A DNA stretch of 64,000 bases from Perna viridis (Eukaryota): the NCBI GenBank assembly GCA_037379345.1, contig CM074520.1, positions 8,866,001 through 8,930,000 of the forward strand, given 5' to 3'. Positions within the stretch are counted from its first letter, which is position 1, and every line of letters starts with the position of its first letter. The notes below the pieces were generated by a model. That model had not been told where the DNA came from and did no database searches. It was given only the letters and a program-made list of their open reading frames with translations. The position numbers and the translations under genes were made by a program. This document shows positions 13,630 through 26,919 of this stretch, in pieces.

Positions 13630-14660
13630 GTTAATCATATTTTCTTCTAAAGTTTCTACAATCCTATTGTCAACCCTATTATCCCTAATCACCCTGTCTT
13701 CCCCAGTATCAATTTTTTCCCCACATATCCCTTATCATACAGTCTTCTCAAGTATCACTGATCACATTGTCCCGTCAAGCACCCAAACCACCCTATTTTT
13801 AAGTATCCCCAATCACCCTTATTTTCAAATATCCCCAATTACTCTTACATTCAAGTATCCCAATCTACCTTATTGTCAAATATCTTCAATAACCCTGATA
13901 TTCAGTATCCCAATCACCCTTATTATCAAGCATCCCAAATAACCAAACCTTATTTTCAAATATCCCAATCACCCTCATTTTCAAGTATTCCAAATCACCC
14001 TTAGTTTTAAATATCTGCAATCAAACTTTTTTAAGTACCATTAATCATACTGTCTTCGCAGGTATTTCCAATCACTCTTCTCTAAAGTATCACCTTCAAA
14101 ATACTGCTTTCCTTTGTAATCCCTACATTGTACCACACAGTCTTCCTGATTTTCTCTAATCAAACTCTTCCCCAAAATGTATCCAATCAAAAATGATTTC
14201 CTCAAAATCATCTTTATATTGTCTTATTTAAAAAAAAAAGCCCACCACGTTGTATTTTTTTTCAAGCATCCCCAATCACGCTTATCACCTATCACACTAT
14301 CTTTCTAGGTATTCCCGATCATTCTATCTAAACAAACTTTCTTTTTGAAATGTCTCGTATACATCACTTTTCTTGTCAAATAACCCCTACCGTACCGTCT
14401 CTCAAGTATCACCGTTCACATTGTCAAAGTATCCCCGTTCACATTGTCAAGTATGACCGTTCACATTGTCAAAGTATCCCCGTTCACATTGTCAAGTATG
14501 ACCGTTCACATTGTCAAAGTATCCCCGTTCACACTGCTTGTATATTCACCAAACACATTGTTTTTTTTTTCCATTGAATCCTCAATGTCATCGTCTTTTG
14601 AAATATTCTCAATCTCATTATCTTCTCCTGTATCTCAAATCACATTGATTGTCAGAAATC
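13630..14660. repeat. Degenerate tandem array (aagtatccccaatcaccc...) with a young 45-bp sub-array at 14411-14533
   Basis: Repeated aagtatccccaatcac motifs; exact 45-bp unit accgttcacattgtcaaagtatccccgttcacattgtcaagtatg. Confidence 0.8.
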
Positions 14661-15446
14661 TGTCCGAAAAATAATTTTTAATTAACAGTTTTTGTCATTC
14701 CTGTTGTTCATACAAACGACTTTCTTTTATTCTATTTATATGACATTCAATACGAAAATTGAGTTTTATCTCTAAACGCTGTTATATAGATTTTTTTAAT
14801 ATAACAGAAAGAATGCGTGGAGTTTCATTTTTATGTTTTACTAAAACATTTTACCGGTAGTTCCCCGCAGATATATACTGCGTCACAACCCTTAGACGTT
14901 AAACCTGTATGTCAAGACTTTTTATATCAGTATAATCCGACCACATATACCACATTTTAACCTTGCCAAAAGTAACTGTCGTATAGACCTTTAATGACGG
15001 CCGATATTGTTACATGTCGCAAGTTAAGCCGAGCTTAAAGACCAAGTACAATACTTGATAGTGTATTGTATTGTCAGGAGCAGAAACTCGTATTGTATAG
15101 ATACATCCTATTCTTTATATAGCATTCTATAAATGTTACAATGTGTTTATTTGCTAAAAAATTCTTTATGTCATAAAAATAACTATATATTCTATGTTAT
15201 CCATCTCGAACCTTTATTAAAACCTATTATAGATCAATAGCAATATCCTTAATGAATCCTGAAGATCATATGATGTGTGAAGTACAACATTGATACAGTC
15301 CATTTAGCTAATAGGTGACTAATCCTTTCATAAAACTCTGTTACATAAGATGATACTAACACCGGTGTAAGAAACGGATATTGAGTATTAAAAGTAACTT
15401 AAGATTTATAAAGTACCTCTCATCAATGCATTTTTTATTTATCTGA

Positions 15447-16649
15447 TTACCGCTGACAACATCTTAAAACTGATTTCAATGCAGCATAAAATTCTGAATC
15501 TAAAAATGCGTACAAAATAGGATTGACACAACTGTTGATAATATAAGTATGATAAAGCCACAATATGACTAGGAACCATTTCCTGGACAAATTGTCCCAG
15601 AAATCCGGATCAAATCCCTCCAACACCACAATCAAACCGACGGGACAGTAACAAACTAATGATACAGTTGTTACAACCATGAACATTATAGAGAATTTCC
15701 TCTTCAGCTTTTTATTCCGGCGTCTCACATGTGTATTTCGTCTTATTATGGGGTTTTCATTGTGAGCATTCTGTTTATTTTTATTTTTTTCCGCTATTGC
15801 ATTATCTAATTGATAGTTACCCTCTTCTTGGTGGCCCGAATCTGTTATTTGATATTTTCCTTGAACACCATAAGATGTAGAAGTAGTTTCATTGCTGATT
15901 GGTGTCGGCGACGAACTGAACTCGACACCAGAGCTGTCTAATTCTAACTCGTCAGATTGTTTGTCGTTTCCGTGATTGTTTGACTTTATTTTCTTTGATT
16001 TGAACTGACCATAAATAACACACCCTATACTTCCATAGAAAAATACTAAAGCACTCAATGTAAACACGAGAAACCCGACAAAGAATATGGCGTAGCCAAC
16101 GCCTTCGTCGTAATTTGATTCTTTAAGCCTACCACATCGGGTTCCAATCAAAACTTCTTCACTGTAGAAATCATTTATCCCATAGTTAAATAGGAATGGA
16201 ACAGCACTCACAACTGATAGGAAAAATGACCCACCAACCATAGCTCTGCGTACAGACAGGCGGATGGAAATTTTACGGCAGATTAGTAAATATCTTTGAA
16301 GCGCAATGCTCAGCAATATGAATATTGACATAGCCGCTGATATCGTTATAGTGAAAAACAAATACTTGCACAGAATACTGTTTGTAAAATTAGCCTGCAT
16401 GATATCAAGCAAAAAGCAATTTATCGAACCAAAGATAGTGGCAAATATATCAGATAATGCTAGGACCGGTATGAAATATCGCTCAGAAGGAGCATTCTTC
16501 AGTTTTGTCCTGTATACAAGTAACACTAGTATATTCCCAGTAACTCCTATCATTAAATAGACAGACAAAATCACAGCATTGACAACAACATTCTGTCCAA
16601 CTTCTTCATTCCAGTCTTCAAGGAAATTTGACAAATTCAGTGATTTCAT
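15447..16649 (-). CDS. Rhodopsin-like (class A) orphan GPCR, paralog 1, 400 aa
   Basis: Seven hydrophobic segments; TM1 GN, TM2 LALSD, TM3 LCK...IALQRY, ECL2 Cys, TM6 CYCP, TM7 NPILY. Intronless CDS; polypyrimidine AG acceptor at ~16682 upstream of the ATG. Confidence 0.93.
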   Translation of the reverse strand: MKSLNLSNFLEDWNEEVGQNVVVNAVILSVYLMIGVTGNILVLLVYRTKLKNAPSERYFIPVLALSDIFATIFGSINCFLLDIMQANFTNSILCKYLFFTITISAAMSIFILLSIALQRYLLICRKISIRLSVRRAMVGGSFFLSVVSAVPFLFNYGINDFYSEEVLIGTRCGRLKESNYDEGVGYAIFFVGFLVFTLSALVFFYGSIGCVIYGQFKSKKIKSNNHGNDKQSDELELDSSGVEFSSSPTPISNETTSTSYGVQGKYQITDSGHQEEGNYQLDNAIAEKNKNKQNAHNENPIIRRNTHVRRRNKKLKRKFSIMFMVVTTVSLVCYCPVGLIVVLEGFDPDFWDNLSRKWFLVILWLYHTYIINSCVNPILYAFLDSEFYAALKSVLRCCQR

Positions 16650-19600
16650 GTTTTCTTCCTGGACGGTCGTTTACAGAGATTCTAAAACGAAGAAAATATT
16701 CCAGTGTAATATAACATTATTCGTACTATCCGATTTAATATTCTTTTGTTAAAACTCGATCATATAAAGATCTTCACACCTGTCTCATAACGGAAAACCG
16801 ATATGACGAATATGGATAAATTTCCTTGTCCGCAATGCTACATGTAGCTGCTTTATAAAATATATAAAAGTACATAGTAACACTTGTTTAAATATAGAAC
16901 CAAATAAAACACAGCATACAAACCATTCATTTCTGACGTCTTAATCTGACCGATTTATGTGGTGAAATACTATGTTTGTTACATTCTAGATAACTCTACG
17001 AATTAAGTGAAAATCATCTTTTAAATGAATTTCGTTACAAAACCACTTACCTTTTCTTGTATGAAGGAAGTAATCACTGTTAAACTTCTACGTATTAACA
17101 TAAATGTCAGATGATGTTGAGTGCATCCATTCAAATGGTGACATCCGGGAAAATTTGAAATGTTCACATTCTTAAACATGAATGTATGTATGTAAGGGTT
17201 AGTGTTCTCCCACACTCCCGATACTGACCCGTATAACAATCAGGCCAAGAAAAAACTAATTGAGTTTGACTACTTCAAAACCATTCAAATTCATAACACC
17301 CATATGGCGAAATTAAGACTATTGTAATATATTGAACAAAAGACTACCTAGTTAAATGAATGCTAACTGAATGAATTAATTATGCGTACAACAATTCAGA
17401 CTTGTTTGTATTGTTTTTGTCCTTAAATTCAGTAATTTATAGTTGTGCGAATAAATTTATCATCTATGAGGAAAAAAATTAAAAGAAATCTATCAGAAAT
17501 TTACCCTACCTTTATGTGAACCATTGTTCAGATGTCGGAAGGTCATAACGGTTTCAAATGATATATATCTTCTTAGCTGACCAATGAATAACAATTGAAG
17601 TTCGAATCAGAGATTTAAATATTTATGGGAAAATTGTAAAGTTTAAAGCAAAGATTTAGGTAGATATATAATGAATACCTTAAATATCTCTAAGTTAATA
17701 AATAAAATACACTTCAGGTAAAACACGGCCAATTATACATGGATTGACCACATGTAAATAGACAACCTACTAAAAGATGCAAATTGGTGTTTTTAATCTT
17801 CATAATACCATCTTCACCCGTTGATGAACTTCACATACATGTATGTATATACATATATACAAGTATTCTTATGTACTTCGGTATCGTTGTTAAGAACAAT
17901 GTTTAAGTTTACTGTTTCAAACTTCTAAATCATTGAACTTTATGTGAATTGAGCGAAACATAACATGGCTTTAACATACAATATTCATGCTTCTTTCGTG
18001 TGATGTTCACGTTTGTTTCATGTAAAATTCATGTTCCATTCACGCAACTTTCATATACAATTTACGTTCCTTTTACTAGCAATTTTTGTTACATCATTAA
18101 AATTTACTTCACACGATTTTTATTGGAAAATATTAACACGAAGTTTATATAAAGGCTTGAAAAACAGACGTAAAAGCCATTTTTGGCTAAGAACGTCCAT
18201 TCATCTTATTGGTGAACTTAGGTTTAAAGCTTTAAATGAAGGTAATAACAAAATTATCGAACTGATAAACTCTAAGCAATAGTCGAAAGGAACAGTCAAT
18301 TTGACCAGGGTTCTCGATAAGGTGCGTACACGCGTATTGGACGCGTCATATTGAGGTTGCACTATACAGATGCGAATGAGTTGCATTGCTTCGTACACAA
18401 ATCTGACCGGTCTTATGTAGTAAAACTTAAAAATGAATAGTTAAACTTGTTGGAAATTTGGATTGTGGGTAGTAGAGTATTGTGGGTAGTAGAGTATTCG
18501 TACATTAATAGATGCAATACTTGTGAAGATAAAAAGGTGTTAAATGCATGTTCAAAAAGGCTACAAACCACTAATGTCACTTCCTATAGGCTCCAATGCT
18601 AATTTTATTAAATTCAATGTGTTATGAAGCTTCTACCTTAAGTTAAACCTGAAGAAGACTATACATATTAGGTGGGGTTTACTGCCTTGCACTGCGACAC
18701 TGGCTCATAGAAGACAACAAGCTTAGAATGGAAATTTCACAAAAAGGGGTCTTCTTACAGAACTCGTTAAAACATTTAATTCACTAAGTAGCAGTGACCA
18801 TTTTATGTAAAAAATGAAAATAATATAATTTCCTGCAAAACACAAGCTTACCTGTGTAGATCTGATGTGCACTTTTTCCACAGCAACATAACACTATAGC
18901 ACTAAAAGTAGTGTAGGACTATTTCTGTGTACGTTTTAAAAGCTCATTGGTTGAATTAGTGCTATGTGACCTAAAAGCTATTCAGGTCTTTGCTGCAGTG
19001 GGTTCTCTCCTCTGTATCAGCTGGCTGTTTTTCAAAAATGCAAAATTTCGCATGAACTTTAAGAATTAAATCATAAAGAAATCAGCAGAAAAAGGTAGAT
19101 ATATTTTTCTTTTTTTTACAACAATAACATGCCTGGTTACTTTTCATTGCAGTTTTGAAGTGCCTGATATTTTAGAAAATCTGTTTTTTTTTAACAGTCA
19201 AGTTTGAGAAGGCAACCAAATTTGTCATTAACACTGACATTTTTTCCCATTATGTTACCATAGCTAGATTTGTATGACTAAATATAAGAGAGTATCAATC
19301 ATTTTCATGAAAAAGTTTGTTGTATTTTCTTGTTTGAGTGCATCAATAAAGATTTATTTTAAAAAATGTCTTAAAATTAACTGCAGTGGCATATCTACAG
19401 AGTGGATCTTAAAAACATCGTGCGTCGGTGCCTCCTCACAATATCAGCTGCATCATAACATCCGGAATTAAAGAAAAAATCATTAAAAGTATCCCAAACA
19501 CAGTGAAAAAACATTTGTTTGTTCAACATTTTGACAACCAATCAAAATCTTCGTGAGTCGAAGGTGCAAGATACATTTTAAAAAAAATCCAAATAACAAT

Positions 19601-20647
19601 ATCAAGGTAAAAACTGAAAGGTTAAAAACACTGCAAATGTCCTGACTAATTACAGGCTTTCCCGATTGAAATGGTGAGTAAAACCACGTTTTATAGGGCG
19701 CTATACCTCCCGCTTCCATTACGGTTAATTATTTTTTGATAAATAACAAAATGAACGAGGAACACCTAAAAATCATTTGGAATAATTAAGAAAAAAGTTA
19801 TTTTTACTAGTTGTTAATGTTTCATTTGAAGAACTGTCTAGTTCCTATGTACACACTCTCCAAATTTCTGTAAAACAGGGATTAAAATATGATGATGTTG
19901 GCAATTTTAAAGTCTCGTCACGTAAGTCTAAGATTTCACGAGAACGGGCCTTAACTTCCATTAAAGATGATCAGTAGACGTGGTTGTTTATATTGAAATG
20001 ACTACAAACCTCTTTTTCATAAATATGATAACAAAAATAATGGCACGATTTACTAGTTGGACACTATAATAAGTTTTGTAGTAACGATATTTGGAAATTT
20101 TGAAAAGTATGCATCACATTATTGTACCCGGAAGTTGCTACCTAAATATTGGTCGATCTTCTGTTGTACATGCTATCAACAGTAGAAATCATGTGGAAGT
20201 AATAAAATTACGAACATATTTTGCGTGCGTTGACATGAAAGTCGTTTTCAAGCTCTTAATAACTAACAAATGCCAATGTACCTACTGGGCAAATTGTTGT
20301 AATGAAAGTACATTTGTTCTAAGAACATTTTTAATTTCGTTTTTTTTACATTTATTACTTTAAAAGAAGGCATCAAATCAATTGCATTTCAGATTTTTGA
20401 CAAAGTCCAAAGTTTGACGATGTAGTTTTTTTGCGGTCCTTGTTGTTTAGGAAAACGAATCTAGGGATGACATCATATCTGATACAACGGTGTCTTACAA
20501 AATTGACGATTTTCTTGTGATTTTACAACTATTATTATTCTGAATCAAAATTATAGAACTCCTGGTAAGAATAACACGACGTTTAAGCTGATTTGTATGC
20601 GCAAGAGTGTGGAGATGAGAATTGAATGGTGATGTCTTGGTTAGGAA

Positions 20648-20850
20648 AATCAAGGAAACAAGGATTCGAACGGTAATAAAAAGATAATTCTTGATAACGA
20701 TTAAACAGAGAAAATAGACACACACAGAAAAGAACATGAAATAACCAAAAAAGTAACAGGCGCATAGAAACATGGGCAAATGAGCAACTCTGACTACTAA
20801 AAACTGGGAGTAATGACCAGGCGCACTGGTAGGGTAAACGGCCTCTGTTT
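20648..20850 (+). mobile_element. Copy of a dispersed non-autonomous repeat (family of 41461-41900)
   Basis: aatcaaggaaacaaggattc...gcaaatgagcaactc...gaccaggcgcactggtagggtaaac. Confidence 0.7.
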
Positions 20851-21083
20851 TGCTCGCCGATTTTATCAAAAAAAGCGTCATGTCAGCTATCCCTTAAGCA
20901 GTAGTTGAATGGTACTCTTCATATTAATCACTTTTATAAATTGACTTTGTGAAAACCCAAAAACCAAAGTTTTACCATGACATTGTCAATAACATAAATG
21001 TAGTAGAGCATTCATTTTTTTTTGGTCAAAATAAGTCACTGTGATTATATTTGATTTTATGTTAAATGTAAATTGAACAGTTT

Positions 21084-21443
21084 TATAAGGATATATATTG
21101 GTGAAACGGTGAAAAATAACCAACAACTTCATCAGTAAGGATATATATTGGTGAAACGGTGAAAAATAATCAGAAAACAACATCATTAAGGATATATATT
21201 GGTGAAACGGTGAAAAATAACCAACAACTTCATCAATAAGGATATATATTGGTGAAACGGTGAAAAATAATCAGAAAACAATATCAATAAGGATATATAT
21301 ATATTGGCGAAACGGTGAAAAATAACCAACAACTTCATCAATAAGGATATATATTGGTGAAACGGTGAAAAATAACCAACAACTTCATCAATAAGGATAT
21401 ATATTGGTGAAACGGTGAAAATAATCAGAAAACACCATCAATG
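21084..21443. repeat. ~50-bp minisatellite, ~7 copies with two unit variants
   Basis: taaggatatatattggtgaaacggtgaaaaataa followed by either ccaacaacttcatcaa or tcagaaaacaacatca. Confidence 0.92.
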
Positions 21444-21973
21444 AGAAAGTTCTTCACTTACAGGCATTTCTTTGTTGGTGATATTGCATTTGACAGTGAA
21501 TATATATGTCCAAGATCCAAGCTGAATATTTATGTAATTTGATATGGTTCATTATTAAAGCTGTGTGTACATGTATCAGTTTTGAGATTTATTAATTAGA
21601 TTTTACATCAAAATCGAAAACACCCACTATTTTTTTTTTACAGCTTTGCCTTGAAGATCCACAAAAATGTCAATAAAACTTATTCAGTATACCAGCATGA
21701 CCACTCATTGTCATGGTTTGGTCAAAACCGCAAATCCAAATTCCAACCGAAAGGAAAAGTTTCTAATATGAATTTTTTTTTCAATTACGTTTAAATCTCC
21801 ACGAACTAACAAAATTTTGAAGAAATACAAAATCTGATATCCATTGAATAAAAATATCTAAAGTGTCTGGTTAAGTCTTCATTTTCTTGCTTGGTCATAA
21901 TTTGAAAATATTCTTAATGTTTTCAGGTCAAGTTAATATAAATCGTCTTGTTTATATATTCGTCTTACCAGTT

Positions 21974-22469
21974 ATATATTATAACTGATCCATCCTGCCG
22001 ATGTGGTGCTAGCATTGAAGATTCAAATCATTTTTCCTTTGAATGTCCTCACTATTCTGATACATGTATTAGAAACAGACTCCTTATTAATCTAAATTGG
22101 TTACCGGAAAATTGTCGAGTAAATTTAAGTACCTTAACGTGTGGTCACCCGGCTCTTACCGATGAGCAAAATACAATAATTTTTAGTCATGTATATAATT
22201 ATATAAAAGGATCCAAGAGGTTCCATATTGTATAATCAGTATCATTGATACTGTAAGTATATTTAAAACAACCACATACATCATCACATCATCACAATAT
22301 TTGCTAGTTATATCATGTCAATATTATGTTTATATATTTATTGTATTGTTTTTGCTTGATTTCAATATGTATTGTTACACACTGTATATGGGAGAAGACT
22401 TAATAAGTTTGTCTAACTTGTGTCTAATCCCTTTTGCATAATTACGCAAATAAAATATGTATAAACTAA
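21974..22469 (+). mobile_element. 5'-truncated LINE (CR1-group) 3' end with 11-bp target-site duplication
   Basis: C-terminal ORF2 motif SCRCGASIEDSNHFSFECPHY...YIKGSKRF (stop 22235); 3' UTR with aataaa at ~22449; TSD tcttaccagtt at 21963-21973 and 22470-22480. Confidence 0.85.
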
Positions 22470-23187
22470 TCTTACCAGTTCTTATTGGCCGATCTAATAT
22501 TGATCCCACTGAAGTATCTCCATGTTGTTGATTGAATATATAGATCTACGTAGATTGGAGAAATAAAGATTGACAGGTATATTACAGATTTGACCATCAG
22601 CTACACTGATTAGCGTAAGAATGTGTGACAGACAATACATTAACAACGAATAGAAATTACTGGTATAAATGTGACATTCTCGACACAATTCCATTTTAAT
22701 ATACCTTATAAACGCACGACCATATTAAAGATGTATTGAAAAGTTATGAATAATGTTTGAAACTGTCGATTGTTGTTTGGGCGAACACTACATAGGCCTA
22801 TATTTTGCTTGACAGAAGGGAGGTAATCGCCACCCTCTTTAATAGCTAGACACGTATAAAAAAATCCTTTTAAACTTTGCACAAATCTGCATCAAATTAG
22901 AGAATGTAAACTTGAGACCAAAAATTACTTTCTTAATAAATTCAGTAATATCTTAAATATCACTTTTCCACCAAAGACTTATACGGTGTGTGTAATATGT
23001 TCCTGTCCATTAACACGAATTTAATGTTTCCATGTGTTTGTTGCCACATATTATAGCGGGATATCATTTAATGCCCAATTAGACGTTATTTTTTTCAATA
23101 TACAAGCGCAAGATTTTTGCTATTTAATTCTATTATACAATTCATACATTCATCACTAGAATTACACGTTGACGTAGTCCAAAATAG

Positions 23188-23423
23188 AGTAGGGAAACGC
23201 TTTCGGACCCACGTGGGGTCTGTGAATAGACCAGAGCGTCAACAGAGCAGCCCAGTCGCTAGTATAACATACTCTGACTGAGTTCTTCGGTCAGATATCA
23301 CGAAGGCTGGGCTCCGCTTACTCCAAGTACTAACATATATCTACTAACAGAATCCCCGTATGTGGCGGTCGTGCGAGGTCCGTAAGGATAGTCAAGGTCG
23401 TAAAAGCACTCAATCATCATCAT
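23188..23423 (+). mobile_element. GC-rich, highly structured element with a (CAT)n tail; probable SINE body or retroposed structured RNA
   Basis: Multiple nested stems (see findings); ends ggtcgtaaaagcactcaatcatcatcat. Confidence 0.5.
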
Positions 23424-23687
23424 GCATCCATTTATGAACTATTTTATTACATTTACAAACCAGCTGTTCTTTTGATGAGTTTATAATCATTTTTAACTAA
23501 GAAGTTTGTTATCTCATCTTTCGTTTCACACCTTTGCTTTACTATTTATCAGCAAAATTACTAAAAATAATTCACGTATACTTAGCTATTTATACCTTTA
23601 AGTTAGTTGAATTACTTATTTTGTTTAATTTGTTTGGTTCCATATTTATAACGGACCAAAAACAACACCACCACCAACAACATAACG

Positions 23688-24315
23688 AACAAGTGATACT
23701 GCAAGCAAAACACAAAAGTCGTCAAAACCGGCAAATGGTCGGATTTAGTCGAATTTTGGAGCTGCCATTGAATGAAGAAGGTTGTGATTATCCAAGAAAT
23801 AAATTTTCATTGAAATCCAACTATGTTGACATTTTGCCAATTTTGGCGGTTATTTTGAAAAAAAAATGGCGGCTTTTTGACAAAATTTGAAGCCGCCATA
23901 GCATTTAGAATGTCATGTTTACCCTAGAAAACAATTTTCAATGAAATCGAACAATTTTGAAAATTTGACGATTTTCTAAATTTTTTTTTACGCTTATGAT
24001 GTCAGCAAGTCAAAATCAGTGTTCTCAGTTTTTTTTATACAATTAATGAGTTCCACTAATTTTATAGATTTTTTTTTATTTTTTCGGGTTTTGTATTGGT
24101 GGTCGTCTTGAAATTCCGGAATTAGCTTGCACACACCCTGAACATGCATGATTTTCGAGCCAAGTATGGTATGAATCGAATAAAACGTCTCCGAAAATAG
24201 CTAGGACATCTTTACGCGCAGAAGAAGTATAATAATTATAATAATAAAAGTAATAATAATAATTAGCGGAGCAAAAACAACAAGTCGTAAAACTTCGTTT
24301 TGGCGACTTAATAAC
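23688..24315. mobile_element. HINE/DINE-like element with (AAT)n microsatellite and terminal hairpin
   Basis: Subterminal aagtcgtcaaaac (~23717); (aat)n at 24229-24263; terminal hairpin aagtcgtaaaacttcgttttggcgactt at 24282-24309. Confidence 0.6.
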
Positions 24316-24541
24316 TATTCCTATTTCAGTTCTTTAGAAGTTAAGTTATTTTAATAATTTATTACAATAGCCATGTTGAGTGTGTATATTTGAAGTTGAA
24401 AAAAAAACAAGACGCAAAGACGTCTTAATAAAATAAAGACCACACAGTCTTTTTATACAAAGAAAAAACAAGTTCGCAATTAAGCCGAGAGGAAACTTTT
24501 TTTTACATAAATTGACCCGGTAAAATTTTTAAGCGCGTGTT

Positions 24542-25813
24542 CTATATAGATTTAAATATTGACTTGAGAGCAGTTTTGAATTCTCGATCAAGGAAAGCAT
24601 AGATTATTGGATTTGCAATTGAATTAATGATGTACGTATGGTACAACCATGTCACTATGATGAACTCGTCCTTTGACAGTTCGTCCCAAAATGTAGGGTG
24701 AACTCCTTCCATAACTACAATTACTCCAACAGGCATATAACATATCAGTGAAACAGTCGTAATGATTATAAACATTATTGAGAATTTATTGCGTAGTTTT
24801 CGATTACGGCACTTAAGATGATTTGATGTGACTATTGCTGATTGGACCTTTGAGGGTGCACCAAGTTTAGGGCTTTGTCCATGACTAAGGTTCGTGTGCT
24901 GATCACTAGGAGATAAATTTTTGTTCGACAGTGTTCCTCTATTACTTGCACTTTCAGTTTCTTGGCAATGATGTGCTAAATTGATTTTGATATAACTAAT
25001 ACCGAAAACGTTGTCAGAACGATCTATCTTTTCATTTGTCCTTTTTGTGTTGTCTTTTTCTTTTATTGGTTCGGTCTGTGGATCATCTACGATTGCATTG
25101 TCTGCTGTGTCACTTGTAGAGGGTGCTTCAATGTGTTGTTTAAACCTCTTCGAACTGAATTGTCTATAAATGACACAACCAACTTTCCCGTACAAAACAA
25201 CCAATAATGAAACGGTCATGATCATCAATGAGCCGAACAGTATTGCGTAAACGGTACCAAACGTCTTGAATCTCTCCTTCGATCTGCCACATCGATTCCC
25301 AACAAGAATTTCGTCGCTGTAAAGTTCATTTATATCGTATATTACACTGAAAGGTGTGGCAAGACAAGCGGCACCTATACACGAACAAAGAACCATGACT
25401 CTACGATATTTCTTTCTGAGGTTGTATGTCCTGCATATTAACAGATATCGTTGAATAGCAATGCACTCTAGCAACAGAATGGACGTGTAAGCTGTTACGG
25501 AAAGAATAAACAAAAGACTTTTGCAAAGTGCAACATTTGTAAAATTCTCATTCATAAAATCCCAAATACCACAAGATACAGAACCGCTAATGGTAGCACA
25601 CAAGTCTGACATAGCAAGAAATGGTATGAAATATCTCTCAGCGGTGGTGTGGTTAATGTGAAACTTATAGACATACAACACGAGGATATTCCCAACAACA
25701 CCAACGACGAAGTAGATTGTAAGAATTGTTAAATTCGCTGTAAGATTCCCGGTTACTTCATTTTTCCAGTGTTGTAGAAATTTTTCCGATTCATTCGATG
25801 AAATCTTTTCCAT
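24542..25813 (-). CDS. Rhodopsin-like (class A) orphan GPCR, paralog 2, 423 aa
   Basis: 7TM; GN, ERYFIPFLAMSD, LCK, IAIQRY, RCG, CYMP, NPIIY. Closest to paralog 1. Acceptor ttcttacag at ~25845. Confidence 0.93.
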   Translation of the reverse strand: MEKISSNESEKFLQHWKNEVTGNLTANLTILTIYFVVGVVGNILVLYVYKFHINHTTAERYFIPFLAMSDLCATISGSVSCGIWDFMNENFTNVALCKSLLFILSVTAYTSILLLECIAIQRYLLICRTYNLRKKYRRVMVLCSCIGAACLATPFSVIYDINELYSDEILVGNRCGRSKERFKTFGTVYAILFGSLMIMTVSLLVVLYGKVGCVIYRQFSSKRFKQHIEAPSTSDTADNAIVDDPQTEPIKEKDNTKRTNEKIDRSDNVFGISYIKINLAHHCQETESASNRGTLSNKNLSPSDQHTNLSHGQSPKLGAPSKVQSAIVTSNHLKCRNRKLRNKFSIMFIIITTVSLICYMPVGVIVVMEGVHPTFWDELSKDEFIIVTWLYHTYIINSIANPIIYAFLDREFKTALKSIFKSI

Positions 25814-26919
25814 TATTATCCTCTTTTTCTTGAACCTATCAATGCTGTAAGAAAAACAATGATGTTTTTTAGCAATGCTTTTATTGTAGTTAAACCAAAG
25901 ATGTACATGTATTTATAAAAAAGGACAATAATAGAATGTCATATCAATTATATTTCATTCTACGTTCATAATTATGTTATTAGTACAAATTGTGAGTTTA
26001 AGTTATTGGGAGCAGTGCTTTGATCATTTTGTTTTGATGTTATGAGAAACTACACTGATCCAGAGTTTTATGTAGATTAATGAAAAATAAATTTATATTT
26101 AATATTTACTTACTTTCGTTGAAAATGCTTCCTTCTTTACTTTCTAGAATATCAGTATATACTATTAATTACTCCAAATCTATCAAATATTAATTTTGAA
26201 TATAATCCGAACAAGGCTTATATCTGAGTTCTTCATTTCAAATAATCCGTACCTGTCTATGATATACATTATACAGTCCTCTTGAGGAAATGCTGCTAAT
26301 GGATGATTTATCAATCAGAAACTTTGTCAATACAGACACGATTTATATATTATATCAATTTTCCAGACCACTTTTAAGGTGACTATGATACTAGCAGTAC
26401 CAATACACTTGTGTAAACTATAACAAAACTAAGAATGATAGAAGTTGGCTTTTGATAGTTGATAATTAGACGTTGGATTTTGTCAACGTAATTAATAGAA
26501 AGCTATTTGATGAACTCACGTTTTAATCTAAGTTATATGTAATTTCTAAGTGGAATTTCCCTTATGATTTATGACGTGAAATCAACAACACAAATATAAG
26601 GAAACATCGTTAATTATTAGAATATATCCTGTTATATTCTTATTCCTTTTTGAGTATTGGTAATCCTTCTTACGGCAGCTTTTGCAACTGTCAACTGCAA
26701 CCTTCAGAAATGCGTCTTCTTGAGTTAATAAATCTACTGAAAGTAATGGTTTAACAAATGCTGTAGGTATTGTTCATGAATTCACTTTTTATGTCTCATT
26801 GCTGGTAGTACACGGAAATTTTAAAGAGTGAAAGGTGAATGATGCGATAACTCTTTCAGAATGTCTTATTAACTTCAACCGTCCTGAATTTTCTCCACCT
26901 TTACCATTCGAGACCTTTG

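Noticed and set aside
13592-14674. Short ORFs with repeated peptides
   Set aside because: Translations of tandem repeats with no coding evidence.
16306-16560. Antisense ORFs over the GPCRs and the LINE (also 9820, 13028, 36659, 36881, 39197, 39467)
   Set aside because: Shadow frames of real coding sequence on the opposite strand.
20183-20280. TYFACVDMKVV as the missing exon 3 of paralog D
   Set aside because: Weak splice sites, Cys spacing does not match, and the YYY-type motif is absent.
21084-21443. CRISPR-like repeat/spacer pattern
   Set aside because: The spacers are only two recurring variants, there are no cas genes and the context is eukaryotic. It is a minisatellite.
23250-23312. 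Hammerhead ribozyme (gtc...ctgactgag...cgaa)
   Set aside because: The core does not fit CUGANGA/GAAA, and ctgactgag is tied up in a perfect hairpin with ttcggtcag.
26355-26416. FPDHF*GDY resembling exon 2 (CVFPQHLSGDW)
   Set aside because: No Cys or Trp, in-frame stops and no splice context.
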